A DNA stretch of 64,000 nt from Eledone cirrhosa (GCA_964016885.1 OZ024740.1:397048001-397112000), one strand, 5' to 3'. Positions 47,560-60,398 are shown, counted from the stretch's first letter. Notes: generated by a model from the letters alone, not told the origin. Program-made: numbers and translations.

Positions 47560-47712
47560 TCCTACATATATATATATATACATACATACTTACATACATA
47601 TATATACATACATACTTACATACATATATATACATACATACTGACATACATATATATACATACATACTTACATATATATATATATATATACATTCATACA
47701 TACATATATATT
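47560..47712. repeat. (TA)/(TACA)n compound microsatellite
   Basis: Direct reading. Confidence 0.9.
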
Positions 47713-47714
47713 AT

Positions 47715-47982
47715 GGAGGCACATGGCTTAGTGGTTAGAGCATTGGCCTTGCAATCGAAAGGTTGTGAGTTCAATTCTGACTGGGGTCCATATCATTCCA
47801 CTGGGTCCATATCATTCCACGTGGAGATGCCACGGCAAAAAACACCCAGCACTCACTGTAAATGAGGTTGCTGTTAGGAAGGGCATCCAGCTGTAGAAAT
47901 TAGGCCAGCATCAGTTCCTATCCCACCCTTGCAAGCAGGGAAAAAGCAGACGTAAAATGAAATGATGATGAATGATGATGAT
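47715..47982 (+). mobile_element. tRNA-head SINE with RTE-derived 3' end
   Basis: Box A tggcttagtggttagagc and box B gagttcaattc. Body matches the RTE 3'UTR, and the end tcccacccttgcaagcagggaaaa matches the 8087 LINE terminus. Confidence 0.85.
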
Positions 47983-48051
47983 TAAATATATATATATGCT
48001 AGAATGGTAGAATGGAAAATGGACGTTAATGCACGTAAAATGATGATGATA

Positions 48052-48169
48052 TAGTAAAAGTTTGGTAGAAATATCCAAGGGTAAGAGCACTCAGTCCATA
48101 GGACGAGTTAAGTATAATTAATTACAACAGTGACATATGCAGGTATATGTCACTGTTTAATTAATTATA
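48052..48169 (-). repeat. Short fold-back element (Penelope-like end?)
   Basis: Hairpin at 48113-48169 (aacagtgacatat / atatgtcactgtt) plus a one-sided extension with TGAGTGC. Confidence 0.5.
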
Positions 48170-48183
48170 TATATATATATATA

Positions 48184-48470
48184 TATAAAGAAAAAAGATG
48201 AAATCGAAAATGCAACCGGAGTCTTATTTTTAAAAAAATATATATATTTATTTGGTTCCACATCTGAGAAAAACCACAGACCCTCCATCTCAACTCTACT
48301 TTTGAAAACTAGAAGAACGGCAAAACAGGTAAAGGAACCAAATAATTATATATATATTTTTTTAAATAAGACTCCAGTTGCATTTTCGATTCCATCTTTT
48401 TTTCTTTATACTTTCACTCGTGTAGGACACCTCAGTTATTTTTCATTTTGTAAAAAACTCACTTTCTAAT
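48184..48470 (+). repeat. Inverted repeat with ~75-bp arms and one-sided extension, between (TA)n tracts
   Basis: 48184-48259 is the inverse of 48334-48410. The extension 48411-48470 ends at (TA)n. Confidence 0.8.
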
Positions 48471-48481
48471 ATATATATATA

Positions 48482-49598
48482 TAACGGCGATGAATTAGTT
48501 TTGCGAGGTTTTTGATATGAAATCGGTTTTTGATATGAAACAAATATTGTTATACTTGGGGAGGGTCATATTTGTGTAATATTGCCAGAATTAATAACAG
48601 AACACACTCACTGTTTGGTTGGTTTTTGCTTTTCGTTTCTGTGTCTTTTATATCGGTAATTTAATTTATTCGGTCCTCAATGTTACCATTGAGTGACCAA
48701 CGGTCAAAAATACAGATACAATATAGACACAAACACATATATATATATATAGTTTATCAAAGTTATTTCGTTGCACATCTGCAACATCGTCAGTGGTGCT
48801 ATTGTTTCCTCCCGTTGCATTGTATTTTCTACGCCATCTTTATTTAGTCTGTTTATATATTTATTTATTTGTTTATTTATTTTGTCTTCTCTGCGCATGC
48901 ATTTGCGTGTGTGTATAGTGTTTTGTTTGATGTGTGTTCGTGATTGGGTGACTGTGTATTGGTTAATGTATTCTATCTTTACTAGTGTGTGTTTATATGT
49001 GTTTGTTGTTATTGTGCTTGTGTATGTATTTATTTATTTATCTATTTATTTATACTTCTCTTAGGTTAGTGTTGTTTCAAGAGAAGTATAAATAAATAAA
49101 TAGATAAATAAATAAATAAATACATACACAAGCACAATAACAACAAACACATATAAACACACACTAGTAAAGATAGAATACATTAACCAATACACAGTCA
49201 CCCAAACACGAACACACATCAAACAAAACACTATACACACACGCAAACGCATGCGCAAAGAAGACAAAATAAATAAACAAATAAATAAATATATAAACAG
49301 ACTAAATAAAGATGGCGTAGAAAATACAATGCAACGGGAGGAAACAATAGCACCACTGACGATGTTGCAGATGTGCAACGAAATAACTTTGATAAACTAT
49401 ATATATGTGTTTGTGTCTATATTGTATCTGTATTTTTGACTGTTGGTCAGTCAATGGCAACATTGAGGACCGAATAAATTAAATTACCGATATAAAAGAT
49501 ACAGAAACGAAAAGCAAAAACCAACCAAACAGTGAGTGTGTTCTGTTATTAATTCTGGCAATATTACACAAATATGACCCTCCCCAAGTATAACAATA
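48482..49598. mobile_element. 1.05-kb palindrome of inverted Penelope-like pseudo-LTRs
   Basis: Arms 48544-49062 and 49079-49598, 16-nt spacer, few mismatches. The left arm has a ~60-nt extension to (TA)n. Each arm carries a hammerhead core. Confidence 0.75.
49351..49410 (+). ncRNA. Hammerhead ribozyme-like motif (mirror copy on minus strand at ~48735-48798)
   Basis: CTGACGA (49356-49362)-T-GTTGCA-GATG-TGCAAC-GAAA (49380-49383): both core boxes flank a perfect 6-bp stem II. Stems III and I are imperfect. Confidence 0.6.
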
Positions 49599-49644
49599 TA
49601 TATATATATATATGTGTGTGTGTAGAGAGAGAGAAAGAGAGAGA

Positions 49645-49983
49645 GGTGCAAGATACTTGCATCTGTAGGATGTACGCCAGGTGAGCACTCAATGCTCGCG
49701 CAGAGCAGAGTATAATACTATACGAATAAAGGAACAAAAATCAGTGTTGCATCATAACATATTTAATAACATATTACACATGTTTCACTGTCGAAACTGT
49801 AGGAATTGGGAGATTTTCATACACCATCAGAAACGAGCTTACATATTGAAGCTTATCTGAGGAGCTTTCGATTCCAGAGTCAGGTTCGATCAATAATAGA
49901 TCGAGCTCCTTGAGCTGATCGACAGTGAAACATATGTTATTAAATATGTTATGATGCAACACTGATTCTTTGTTCCTTTATTC
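49645..49983 (-). repeat. Inverted repeat with ~70-bp arms and one-sided TGAGTGC extension
   Basis: 49724-49794 is the inverse of 49919-49983. The minus strand of the left arm reads GAAAC-ATGT-GTA. gcactca lies at 49685-49691. Confidence 0.75.
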
Positions 49984-50149
49984 TTGTACTATATATGATG
50001 GCTGCAAACTCTGCTAAGAGTACTGCAATTGCTTGGAGGATTATAGAGTTTGGTGCACTTTTAGGCTATGGCCAGTCACACAAACCTGTAACATATCCTG
50101 AACAAACAATGCCAGTGCTTTGAATGTTTTTAAGTGGGGAAATGCCTTA

Positions 50150-50200
<51 letters not shown>

Positions 50201-50297
50201 CAAGACATGATCTCTGGATTTAACTTATCGCATAACATGCCAACCTGTCGAGCCCATGCAAGTGTGGAAAATAGATGTTAAATGATGATGATGATGA

Positions 50298-50333
<36 letters not shown>

Positions 50334-50502
50334 CACAGGCACTTACATACATACAAATGTATATATATATTATACACACTCACATACATTGAAAGTACCA
50401 TATATCTTCAATTGATTTCAATTGAGGTTTTGTAAATAAATGGCATGGTACTTTTTCCTGTCATATTTTCATGGAAAACAATATGCCATACACATGAATA
50501 TA

Positions 50503-50549
<47 letters not shown>

Positions 50550-50574
50550 CTATTGAGTAAAGGGTAAAGAGCTA

Positions 50575-50890
50575 GCTCCCTTCGGTCATGAATGACCATA
50601 GGATTTGCATCTAGAAAGTTCCCCCTCCAAAACACAAGTTCGGGCAAGGTTGTTTATGGAAGACCAGCAGTCACCGATACATACCAGCCTCACCTGTCCA
50701 TGCCACCAATGTTGTCCAAGGGAAAAGCAATGGCCAATACAAGTAACATCCCAACTCATTTTTACAGCTAAGTAAACTGGAGCAACATGAAACAATGTGT
50801 CTTGCTCAAGGACACAATGGGTTAACAATGAAACTCACAACCTCTCGATTGCAAGCCCAATGCTCTAACCACTAAGCCATGCACCTTCAC
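50575..50890 (-). mobile_element. tRNA-derived SINE
   Basis: Reverse complement begins gaaggtgcatggcttagtggttagagcattgggcttgcaatcg (same head as 47715), followed by the tgtgtccttgagcaagacac block. Confidence 0.8.
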
Positions 50891-51233
50891 TATATAAATA
50901 AAGAAGTTGAAAATGCTATTGAAGTCTTTAAGAAGAGATTGTGGTGGTATGGACATGTGATATGTATGGAGGATGACAGCTATATAAAAAGGTGCAAGGT
51001 CCCCAACATCAGTGGAAACTGATATATAAATTATGGTTTGAGCTTAATGCTCATTGAGCTTTTCTTGTTGAGTAACTTAATATACATTTTATATGTATGG
51101 ATTTAACCTAACCAGTCATGTAATATCTGCCTTCTGGGAGACATTGGTTTTATTTGATCATCTTCCTTAGACAGTAGATTAGTTAATGTACAGTGAGATA
51201 TATATTGTAAGACAAACAGTTAGCTAATGTACA

Positions 51234-51268
<35 letters not shown>

Positions 51269-51273
<5 letters not shown>

Positions 51274-51878
51274 GACCTTAAACACTTAGGTAATGTACAG
51301 TGTGAGATATATATAGTTAGACCTTAAACACTTAGGTAATGTACAGTGTGAGATATATATAGTTAGACCTTAAACACTTAGGTAATGTACAGAGTGAGAT
51401 ATATATAGTTAGACCTTAAACACTTAGGTAATGTACAGTGTGAGATATATATAGTTAGACCATAAACACTTAGGTAATGTACAGTGTGAGATATATATAG
51501 TTAGACCTTAAACACTTAGGTAATGTACAGTGTGAGATATATATAGTTAGACCTTAAACACTTAGGTAATGTACAGAGTGAGATATATATAGTTAGACCT
51601 TAAACACTTAGGTAATGTACAGTGTGAGATATATATAGTTAGACCTTAAACACTTAGGTAATGTACAGAGTGAGATATATATAGTTAGACCATAAACACT
51701 TAGGTAATGTACAGTGTGAGATATATATAGTTAGACCTTAAACACTTAGGTAATGTACAGTGTGAGATATATATAGTTAGACCTTAAACACTTAGGTAAT
51801 GTACAGAGTGAGATATATATAGTTAGACCATAAACACTTAGGTAATGTACAGTGTGAGATATATATAGTTAGACCTTA
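51269..51878. repeat. 46-bp tandem repeat, 13 full copies plus a partial
   Basis: Unit AGTTAGACCTTAAACACTTAGGTAATGTACAGTGTGAGATATATAT starts every 46 bp from 51269 to 51867. Confidence 0.97.
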
Positions 51879-52144
51879 AGTGCTTACTGATGAATGATGT
51901 TCCCTGGTCTTGACGATGCTTGTTACTAAGATCAATGATTGGTGATTGAGCCCAATCATTAGATCAATTATAGGCATCATATTTTGGATTTTATCATAAA
52001 ACAGTTATATAAGTGAACTTTAGACAATTTTGGCTTGATTCTTTCTATGAGGCAGTACATTTATTATTTGTCATTATATGTATGTACATGATACTAGTTG
52101 GTTCTCAACTAGATATATGAAAGAGTTTTTCCTATATCATTTCA

Positions 52145-52346
52145 ATTTGTATATGTATATATATGTGTGTGTATGTGTAGATTTGTATATATGTATATAT
52201 ACATATATACAAATATACACATACACACACACATATACACATACACACACATATATACACACACACGTATATACACATACACATGTATATACATATATAT
52301 ACACACACACATATATACACATACACACATATATACACATACACAC

Positions 52347-52377
<31 letters not shown>

Positions 52378-52458
52378 TATACGCATACACATATATATAT
52401 ACACACACATGCAGATACACACGTACCCATATATATATACACACACACATACACATAC

Positions 52459-52490
<32 letters not shown>
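52145..52490. repeat. (TA)/(CA) compound microsatellite
   Basis: Direct reading. Confidence 0.95.
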
Positions 52491-53233
52491 GAACATTGAC
52501 CGCCTGGAAACTGTTCAGAGATGTGCAACCAAGAGAATACCCTCCATCAGGCATCTACCATACTCTGAGTGCCTTGCTTCCTGGGCATGGATACATTGAA
52601 GCTCCGACGTCTGGCAACTGACTTAGTAAACACCCACCAAATTGTTAACCATCTTGCCAACAACAACCCCGGGTACCTTTTTGATTTCCATGTGTCTAAC
52701 ACACGTGGACATGCCAACAAAGTCAGAAAACAGCACAGCCCATGACTTTCGGAATCATTTTTTCACGCTCAGAGTTGCTGAAGCATGGAACAAACTACCT
52801 GCATCAGTTGTTAGCTGCCGAGACACTGCATCTTTTAAAACTTCCATGCTTCCTGAGATTCGCCAACCCTACATCTAATGTTCCCCCTCCATACACATAC
52901 ACACATGTATATCATGACTCATACACTATTCACCTCCCTGACATTTGTATATTATTCTAATTACTATACATGCGGTGGATTGGCAGTATCGGTAGAGGGC
53001 CGGACGCCATGCTTTCCAGCATAGTTACGTCCCTTTACGATCTGAGTTCAAATCCCGCCGAGGTTGACTTTGCCTTTCATCCTTATGGGGTCGATAAAAT
53101 AAAAGTACCAGTAATGCACTGGGTAATTGCTGGCCTTGTGCCTAAAGTAGAAACAATTATTCTATGTACTATACATGCACCTTTGACAAGTTGTAGTGCA
53201 CCTGAGCACTTTACACAATAATTTCATTATTAT

Positions 53234-53238
<5 letters not shown>
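52491..53238 (+). mobile_element. CR1-group LINE 3' fragment with a nested SINE
   Basis: NIDRLETVQRCATKRIP and HFFTLRVAEAWNKLP, then a 3'UTR and (TTA)n tail. Confidence 0.9.
52974..53155 (+). mobile_element. tRNA-derived SINE with 23-bp TSD
   Basis: ATTATTCTA(AT/TG)TACTATACATGC at 52951-52973 and 53156-53178; box B gagttcaaatccc. Confidence 0.92.
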
Positions 53239-53271
<33 letters not shown>

Positions 53272-53697
53272 ATGATATTAATAAATGTAAACTATATTTA
53301 TAAAACCATATTTATTTTATTATATATATTTCAAGGGTACCAAAAAACTTTGGTATGCTCTCATCAGATAAAATACAAAATTTGTTTTATATATTGACAT
53401 ACCCAGGAATCAGACCTTATTGGTTCAGGTTCCATTTGGAGTGCTTCGAATCTGTTATAAATAAATTTGTTGAATTACTAGCAAATTAAATATCTCTTTG
53501 CTTATATATATATTATATATATATTATATATATATTATATATATATCATATATATATTATATATATAAAAATTTATGTAAGAAAATAACAGTAGTTATGA
53601 TTCAATATTTCAAATTGTTAGTACTGAATGATACATACAGTCTGATATATCTCTATTGAATATTCTACTTCCTGCACACTAATATATGATGATGATG

Positions 53698-54012
53698 ATA
53701 TATATGCATATGTATGTGTGTATATGTATATATATGTGTGTGTATGTATATATATGTGTGTGTGTCTACACACATATGTATATATGTATTATATATATAT
53801 ATATATATATGTGTATATATATATGTGTCTACACACATATGTATATATGTATTATATATATATATATATATATGTGTATATATATATGTGTGTCTACACA
53901 CATATGTATATATGTATTATATATATATATATATATATATGTGTATATATATATGTGTGTGTGTGTGTGTCTACACACATATGTATATATGTATTATATA
54001 TATATATATACA
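53698..54012. repeat. (TA)/(TG) microsatellite with four higher-order copies of gtgtctacacacatatgtatatatgtatt
   Basis: The marker recurs at about 53762, 53825, 53890 and 53966. Confidence 0.9.
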
Positions 54013-54391
54013 CTCATACATGCACAAATTCATGTTTACACTCGCATTTATTTAAATACATGACTTTGTTGCAATTTTTTCTTGTTTAATACTTATTTTG
54101 TGATGAGTTATTTTTTTCAGTCATTTTGTTTGCAATATTAATTTTCCTAACTCTTCGGTGTATCACGTTTTTAGTTTCTCATGACTTTATCATCTAGATG
54201 ATATATTTACTGCAATGACAGAATTGATCTTAATGTTGTTTGAAAATTAATGGATGAGAAGCACAAAATTTGTTCATGTTCACACACGTGTATCTATATG
54301 TATAATAAATTCTATTGTGTTATGTTGTATTACATTACCTTTTAATTTTACAATAATCTTTATAACAAATAGCTGATGGTTTATATAGGGA

Positions 54392-54612
54392 ATAATGGTT
54401 TTTAATTTAAGCACGAGGCCGGCAGTGTTGTGGAGGAGGGGAATATTGATTAAATCAACCCCTTTACTTGACTGGTACATTATCCTATTACCCCCAGAAG
54501 GATAAATGTCAAAGTTGACGTTTGTGTGATTTGAAGCCAGATCATAGGTCATAACAAAATACTACAATGCCTTTCATCCAATGCACTAACAATTCTGCAT
54601 AACTATCACCCT
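54392..54612 (-). mobile_element. Degenerate tRNA-derived SINE
   Basis: Similar in layout and sequence to 27665-27882. Confidence 0.55.
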
Positions 54613-57269
54613 TGTGTTGAGAAGAATGATTGAAGAGGTGTACATTGTAGCTGTTGGTAGTGATTATTTTCTTGTTTAGCTCTAGTCAAATCTTGATAGA
54701 GTAGACTTGTGAAAAACATTCTCGCCATGGCTATTCTATAATTACATATATTCCAGACCTACAATGTTTAATGTACCCTTCTGTTTTTAAGCCATTAGTT
54801 AGTGATTTGTGGGAGCTTTGGCTGTTATTTCTAGTAGATTTCTGATTGTGTAGAGATTTCCTTATTTATTTATGGAACATGATGTGCCATGAAATGAAGT
54901 AGTGACTAATAATTTCAGACATGACTCTGTATCTTCAATAAATGAGATTGTCAAAATAATTGTTTCTGATTCCTCTCACAGCATGACACCATACACCACT
55001 ACAGATTTTACATACCATATGAGTCAATGAAGGAGCCCCTATATGGTCATTTGAATTGGCTAGAAATAGGAGCGAAATCATCTTCATATCACATTCTACC
55101 ATCTTAAAAATGAAGACACAATAACTATGTCATACAACAGGATATTCTTCCTATTGCTAATCATTATGAAGTGAAGGGTAATATCTAATTTTAGGTTTTC
55201 AGAGTGAGGTAAATCAAATGTTTCATTATAGGAGGCATCACAAAGTTTGAAGCAAAATTTGAACTAATGATCATACTATCAGAAATCCAGAATTTAATGT
55301 TTTCTAAAAAAAATATCACTAATTCATTTCATATCATTAAAAACAAATTTTTTTTTTTTTTTTTTTTTTTTACAGATCTAGAAACCTATTACTCCAGTCT
55401 CTGAACCTGAAAGTTATCATACTTAAGAGTAAGTTGATAAAATATCAAAACTACGTTGAGTGTGGAAAAAATAATAAATAGTAAAATAAAGGAGGATGAA
55501 GGTATATGAGATATCAGAGTACCAACCCTGTGGTCATGATGAAATAGTTGCACAAACATACAGGCAAAGACATACACATGTTCACACATGCATGCACACA
55601 TTTCAACCCCCAAAAATATCCACAATGAGAAAAAAATTAGAGTTCATGTCAACAATTAGCTCAAACTCACATATTCAACCACATGTCCATCTCATCCTAA
55701 AAATCACAGTCACCCAGTCCTATCAATTACCTTTTAGAATATTAATATAACAATCCAGATAAACAGACAATACATATATATACCAAAATAGCTGCAAAAT
55801 AGATTCTCACCAGACCCAAATTCTATGCTGAGTTATCAATCAACTCTAATAAATCTTTAGGAATTGAAATTTATTTCAGCATTAAACAAATCCACTCCTC
55901 TTTACTGTAACTGCCTGTCATCACTAATAACAACAATTATATATGAACAGAGCCCAGCTGAATTTTACACAGTATAATGGAATGTACATTATCACCAAAG
56001 ACCAGATTCAAGTACTTCAAATCATTAGTATTTCCATAAAATTCAGTTAGTTAACTCCATTCTAAACCTCTGTTTAAGCAGATCTGACAGAGGCTGCCAA
56101 GCAAAAATACAAGTTATGTATCAAGGTTTGAACCCTCGAAGATTTAACCAGCAGCTTAACAATTATGCTGCAATGCCTTAAGAAAAATACACACCCACAC
56201 CCACACAAATAAGACACATGCATTGAGGCTGTGGTGAGTAAATCACAGCAACAACCTTATATCACACTCTAACGTCAATTCATTTATACAACAAATCTAT
56301 TATTCAAAAGCAACATTAATTTATTTATGTAAAACTTTAATAAAACTGATAATTCTCCTTCTACAAATTACTATTTTGTCTCTTAACTGTAACAACCATT
56401 TCAATTTATGGCCATTACATATCATGGCACCACAGAAAGAAAATATTTGCAGTGTTATTATAATTATATAAAATAAAAATTAAATTTAAAAAATGAATAT
56501 GAAAAATAAAATAGAAAATCAACAAGATGAGCAAGAACAAGAAGTTATAATTTATTTTCTTCAAAGTAAATATTTTTAGATGTCTTTTTCCATTTTCTTA
56601 GAACTGTTAACAATGATTTGTTGATAAAATTGAACATGCTGAAATAGTTTAATGAGCTCACCACAACAACAACAATTATAACAATGACAATGATTTCTTA
56701 ATTAAACATTAAACATTTCTAAATGAGAGTGGGAGAGGAAATGAGAATCTGTGTTGTAATGAAAGTAAAGCTATTCGAAATTGAAATTAAGTGATAAAAT
56801 ACTTTCACTGAGAAATTACATCAGCATTATTTACACCCACTAGTAGTAATAGTTTGTAGGTTGTGTTAGAGATTCATCAACATCCTGTAATAAAAGGATC
56901 CCATGTTAACGAATCTACATTATATGTTTCCTTAAGTATATTCCTCTTAATTCATTAGTTTATAGAGAAAGAGTAGTTGAACCTATTGTGGAATAGGAAT
57001 AACTGGAGTAAGGCTAGTGTAGTTAATGTTCAGAAAGAATGTTTCAGAGAAATGCAATCTTGGGCAAGAAAGATAGGGAAAAGTTTTGGTACATAGTTTG
57101 GATGTATGTGATACATAAGAATTGGAGTTGATGTAAGAATATCAAGTCGTTGTTTATCTTCAGGTGAGCACTGACTGGTTAGAATATCATGAAAGGAGTT
57201 CCAGGTTTGACAATACTTTCATTTTCAATAATTTATTTTGATTTTCCATTTTCCATTTTTTAAGACAGT

Positions 57270-58860
57270 AGGGTGTAATTATAAGGAAAGCTGATGGCCT
57301 CTTTGTGCAGCCATGGGCTGAGCGCCTTCAGTATTGGAGAGATTTCCTTGATGAACTCTATAACCATCACCCACCCCATGAAACACTGGCAGCTCCACCA
57401 CCTGTCAATCCTCCTGCCACTCCAATGGCTGATACTGAGTCTACATTAGAAGAAATGAAAGAAGCTGTGCACTTGCTAAAAAATGGGAAGGCTCCTGGCT
57501 TGGATCAAGTCACCGAGGAAGAAATCAAGGCAGGAGGTGCAGTGCTGCTTGAACAACTCTTTGTGCTCATCCAACTCATACGGCAATCAGACAGAATAGC
57601 TTCGAGATGGAAGATGGCCATCATCATTCCCATCCATAAGAAAGGCAACAGCAAGGAATGCAAAAACTACCAGAACATTAGCCTACTCTCCATTGTTGAG
57701 AAGGTCTTTATGAAGATCATTAAATCACAGCTCCAACAGCATCACGATCAGAACGTCAAAGAAGAACAAGCTGGTTTCTAATCTGGGCGTGAATGGTGTG
57801 ACCAAATCTTTGCCCTTCATCAACTGCTGGAAAAACGAAAGGGCTGTGGGCAGCGGACAGTGGTTGTATTCATTATCTTGAAGCCTGTCTTCAACTGTGT
57901 TGACAGGACCATCCTATGGAGATCGTTGGCAATTGATTAAGTGCTTTGGAAGATCACTGTGCTCCTACACTCAGCCTATGTTGGTTTAACAGGCCTGGTC
58001 TGGATAACAAATGACGTCTCCAAGGAATACACTCTCCGGATAGACATGCAACAAGATGTGGTCTCACCTCTACTATTTAATGTTATCATTGACAGCATCA
58101 TGTGGCATCGAAGGACAAAGCAGTGTATAGTTTGATGCCTACAAATCTGTGACTGACCCCATATTTGCTGATGACAGTACCATTTTAACTGACAATGATG
58201 TCAAAGCAACAGATATCTTGCACATTGCCTGCTTCACACGGTCTTATGGTCTCAGCATCAATGCAGACAAGTCAAAAGTTCTAACAACAGATGGCTTGCT
58301 GGCCATTGTGCATCTTGATGGCATTCAGATTGAATAGGTTAGGGAGTTCAAATATCTCAGCTCGCAACATTTGCATTTGAAACTCTTTGATGGTATGTTC
58401 GGAAAAAGCCTCATGTCTCCCTATGAACCAAGATCTGTCTTTTCCACATGCTGATACTACCTATCCTCCTCTACAATGCTGAGACTTGGACCATCCTAAA
58501 ACAAGATCTGAACAAGCTTGAGGTGTTCCAAATGCAATATCTTTGTCAGATCCTTGGTGTCTATCTGTCTGATTGAATCTCAAACAATTACATCTGAAAA
58601 CTATGCCAGCAGCAAGCTGACCATTGAAGACAAAATCCAACAATGCAGGCTTCAATGTTTTGGTCACGTCTTCAGTTTGAGTACTGGAAGACTACCACAC
58701 CAACTTTTGTCACAACAGCAACCCACGCACAGGAGAATCCAGTGCAGTGCATTGAAGAAGACATGGGCGAAACAAATTGAGGAGGACCTGAAATTGCATT
58801 GACTTCAGCAACCATGCTGAAGTCAATGCCATAGATAGAAAAGCATGGAAGAACATCATT
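57270..58860 (+). mobile_element. Degenerate RTE-like LINE, RT region, no PHD insert
   Basis: LKNGKAPGLD, IIIPIHKKG..ECKNYQNISLLS, EEQAGF, VVSPLLFN, FADD, GLSINADKSKVL, RLQCFGHV. Multiple stops and frameshifts. Confidence 0.9.
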
Positions 58861-59346
58861 GGAGTCCATCATCCAGCAGCACCCACAGCAGCATGTAATG
58901 TATCAAGGGAACTTAGATGGAGGTAGTATACAGATAGCAGTTCTACAGCAGCAAAGACTGTTATAATAGCAACAGAGAGCACAGGAGGAAAGTACTTTTT
59001 AACATTAAACCAAAAACTGAAGACTTGATTTAGATACAGTCTAAAATGGTTGAATGTCAAAGTTGTATTCATAGGAATGCATTATTTCAGATGTACCATG
59101 GAAGTTAAGAAATTAAGCAAATGAATGTATAATTAAAAAGTTCATGTTATTAAGATACCATAAGTTGATTGGATAGTATGGAATTGAAAATTACAAGAAA
59201 TCATTGGTTTTAATAAAGAAATGGAGAATTTTTGATCACAAATTTCCATTTCATTTCAAGGGCAATATGTTCGAATATAATATGCTTTTCAGGAGTAAGG
59301 GAGTAAAACATTAAGTTCATGATTGAATTTTATATTATATTGTATT

Positions 59347-60398
59347 GGTGCTCAGGTGCAATAAGTAGCAGTAAGTGCCCATAGAATACTAGCTCATTCC
59401 ATTGCACAGATGGTTCTATAGAAATAGTGGACACCTTCCGTTACCTGGGTGACTAAATCAGCAGTGGTGGAGGGTGCTCTGAAAGTACAGTAGCTAGAGT
59501 CAGAACGGGATGGAAAAAGTTCAGAGAGCTTATACCATTATTGGCTGCTAAAGGGTTCTCTCTAAAAATGAAAGCAGGCTGTATGATGCCTGCATACGAA
59601 CAGCAATGTTACATGGCAGTGAGACCTGGACATTGTATGCAGAGGATATATGCAGACTGGAGAGGAACGAAGCTTGCATGCTCCGCTGGATGTGTAATAG
59701 TAATATACATGAACGGCAAAGCATAAACGAACTAAGGGAGAAATTAGGAATAAGAGGGATCAGATGTTGTTTACTCGAGAGAAGACTACGTTGGTACGGT
59801 TACGTGATGCGCATGAAAGACAACAGCTGTATAAAAAGAAAAAGTGCAGGGCGATAAAAATAGACGGTAGCCACGGAGTAGGCAGACTCAGAAAAACCTG
59901 TGACGACTTGATAAATTCCGACCTCACAGACTTACACCTCTCCAAGACAATGTCACTGGACCGAGATCTTTGGCGCTACACAGTAATACAGAAGACCCGC
60001 CTTGCCTAAGTACAAAGCGAAACCTACAGTCAGTAGGCACCTCTAACAAAAATACACCCCCGTCCCACTACCCCCACCCCATCCACACCACCCCTTTCAA
60101 TGTAAAGTTATGTTGGTACCACAACATCCAGTCCGAAATAAATGAGGTCGTGTAGGTGTCACAACAAAAAAACACACAGTCCACGCTGTAATGTGGCCGT
60201 GTAGGTAACACGGTAATAAACCTCCCAGTCCACACTGTAAACGTGGTTGGTGTTAGGAAGGGCATCCAGCCATAGAAAACCCACCAGACAGTCCTATACG
60301 AGCAAGACAACCAATTTTGCCTCAAGTGGGAAAATTCCCATCCAAACCCATGCAAGCGTGGAAGATGGACGTTAAACGATGATGATGATGATGATGAT
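59347..60398 (+). mobile_element. 5'-truncated PHD-RTE LINE (starts at the last finger cysteine)
   Basis: Homologous to the reverse complement of 22446-23600; (GAT)n tail at 60378-60398. Confidence 0.95.

Noticed and set aside
47715-47790. tRNA gene (also other box A/B sites)
   Set aside because: No complete cloverleaf, and the sequence continues into SINE bodies and tails.
48704-49439. Paired hydrophobic ORFs on opposite strands
   Set aside because: They are duplicated only because of the palindrome, are low complexity, and show no domain.
49857-49935. Complete hammerhead on the plus strand (CTGAGGA ... GAAAC)
   Set aside because: I could not build a convincing stem II adjacent to both core boxes. 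Only the 3' half-like motif is retained as weak evidence.
51269-51878. CRISPR-like array
   Set aside because: Units are wholly repeated with no unique spacers, there are no cas genes, and the context is eukaryotic.
52078-54089. Y/I/H/T/C/V-rich ORFs
   Set aside because: Microsatellite translations.
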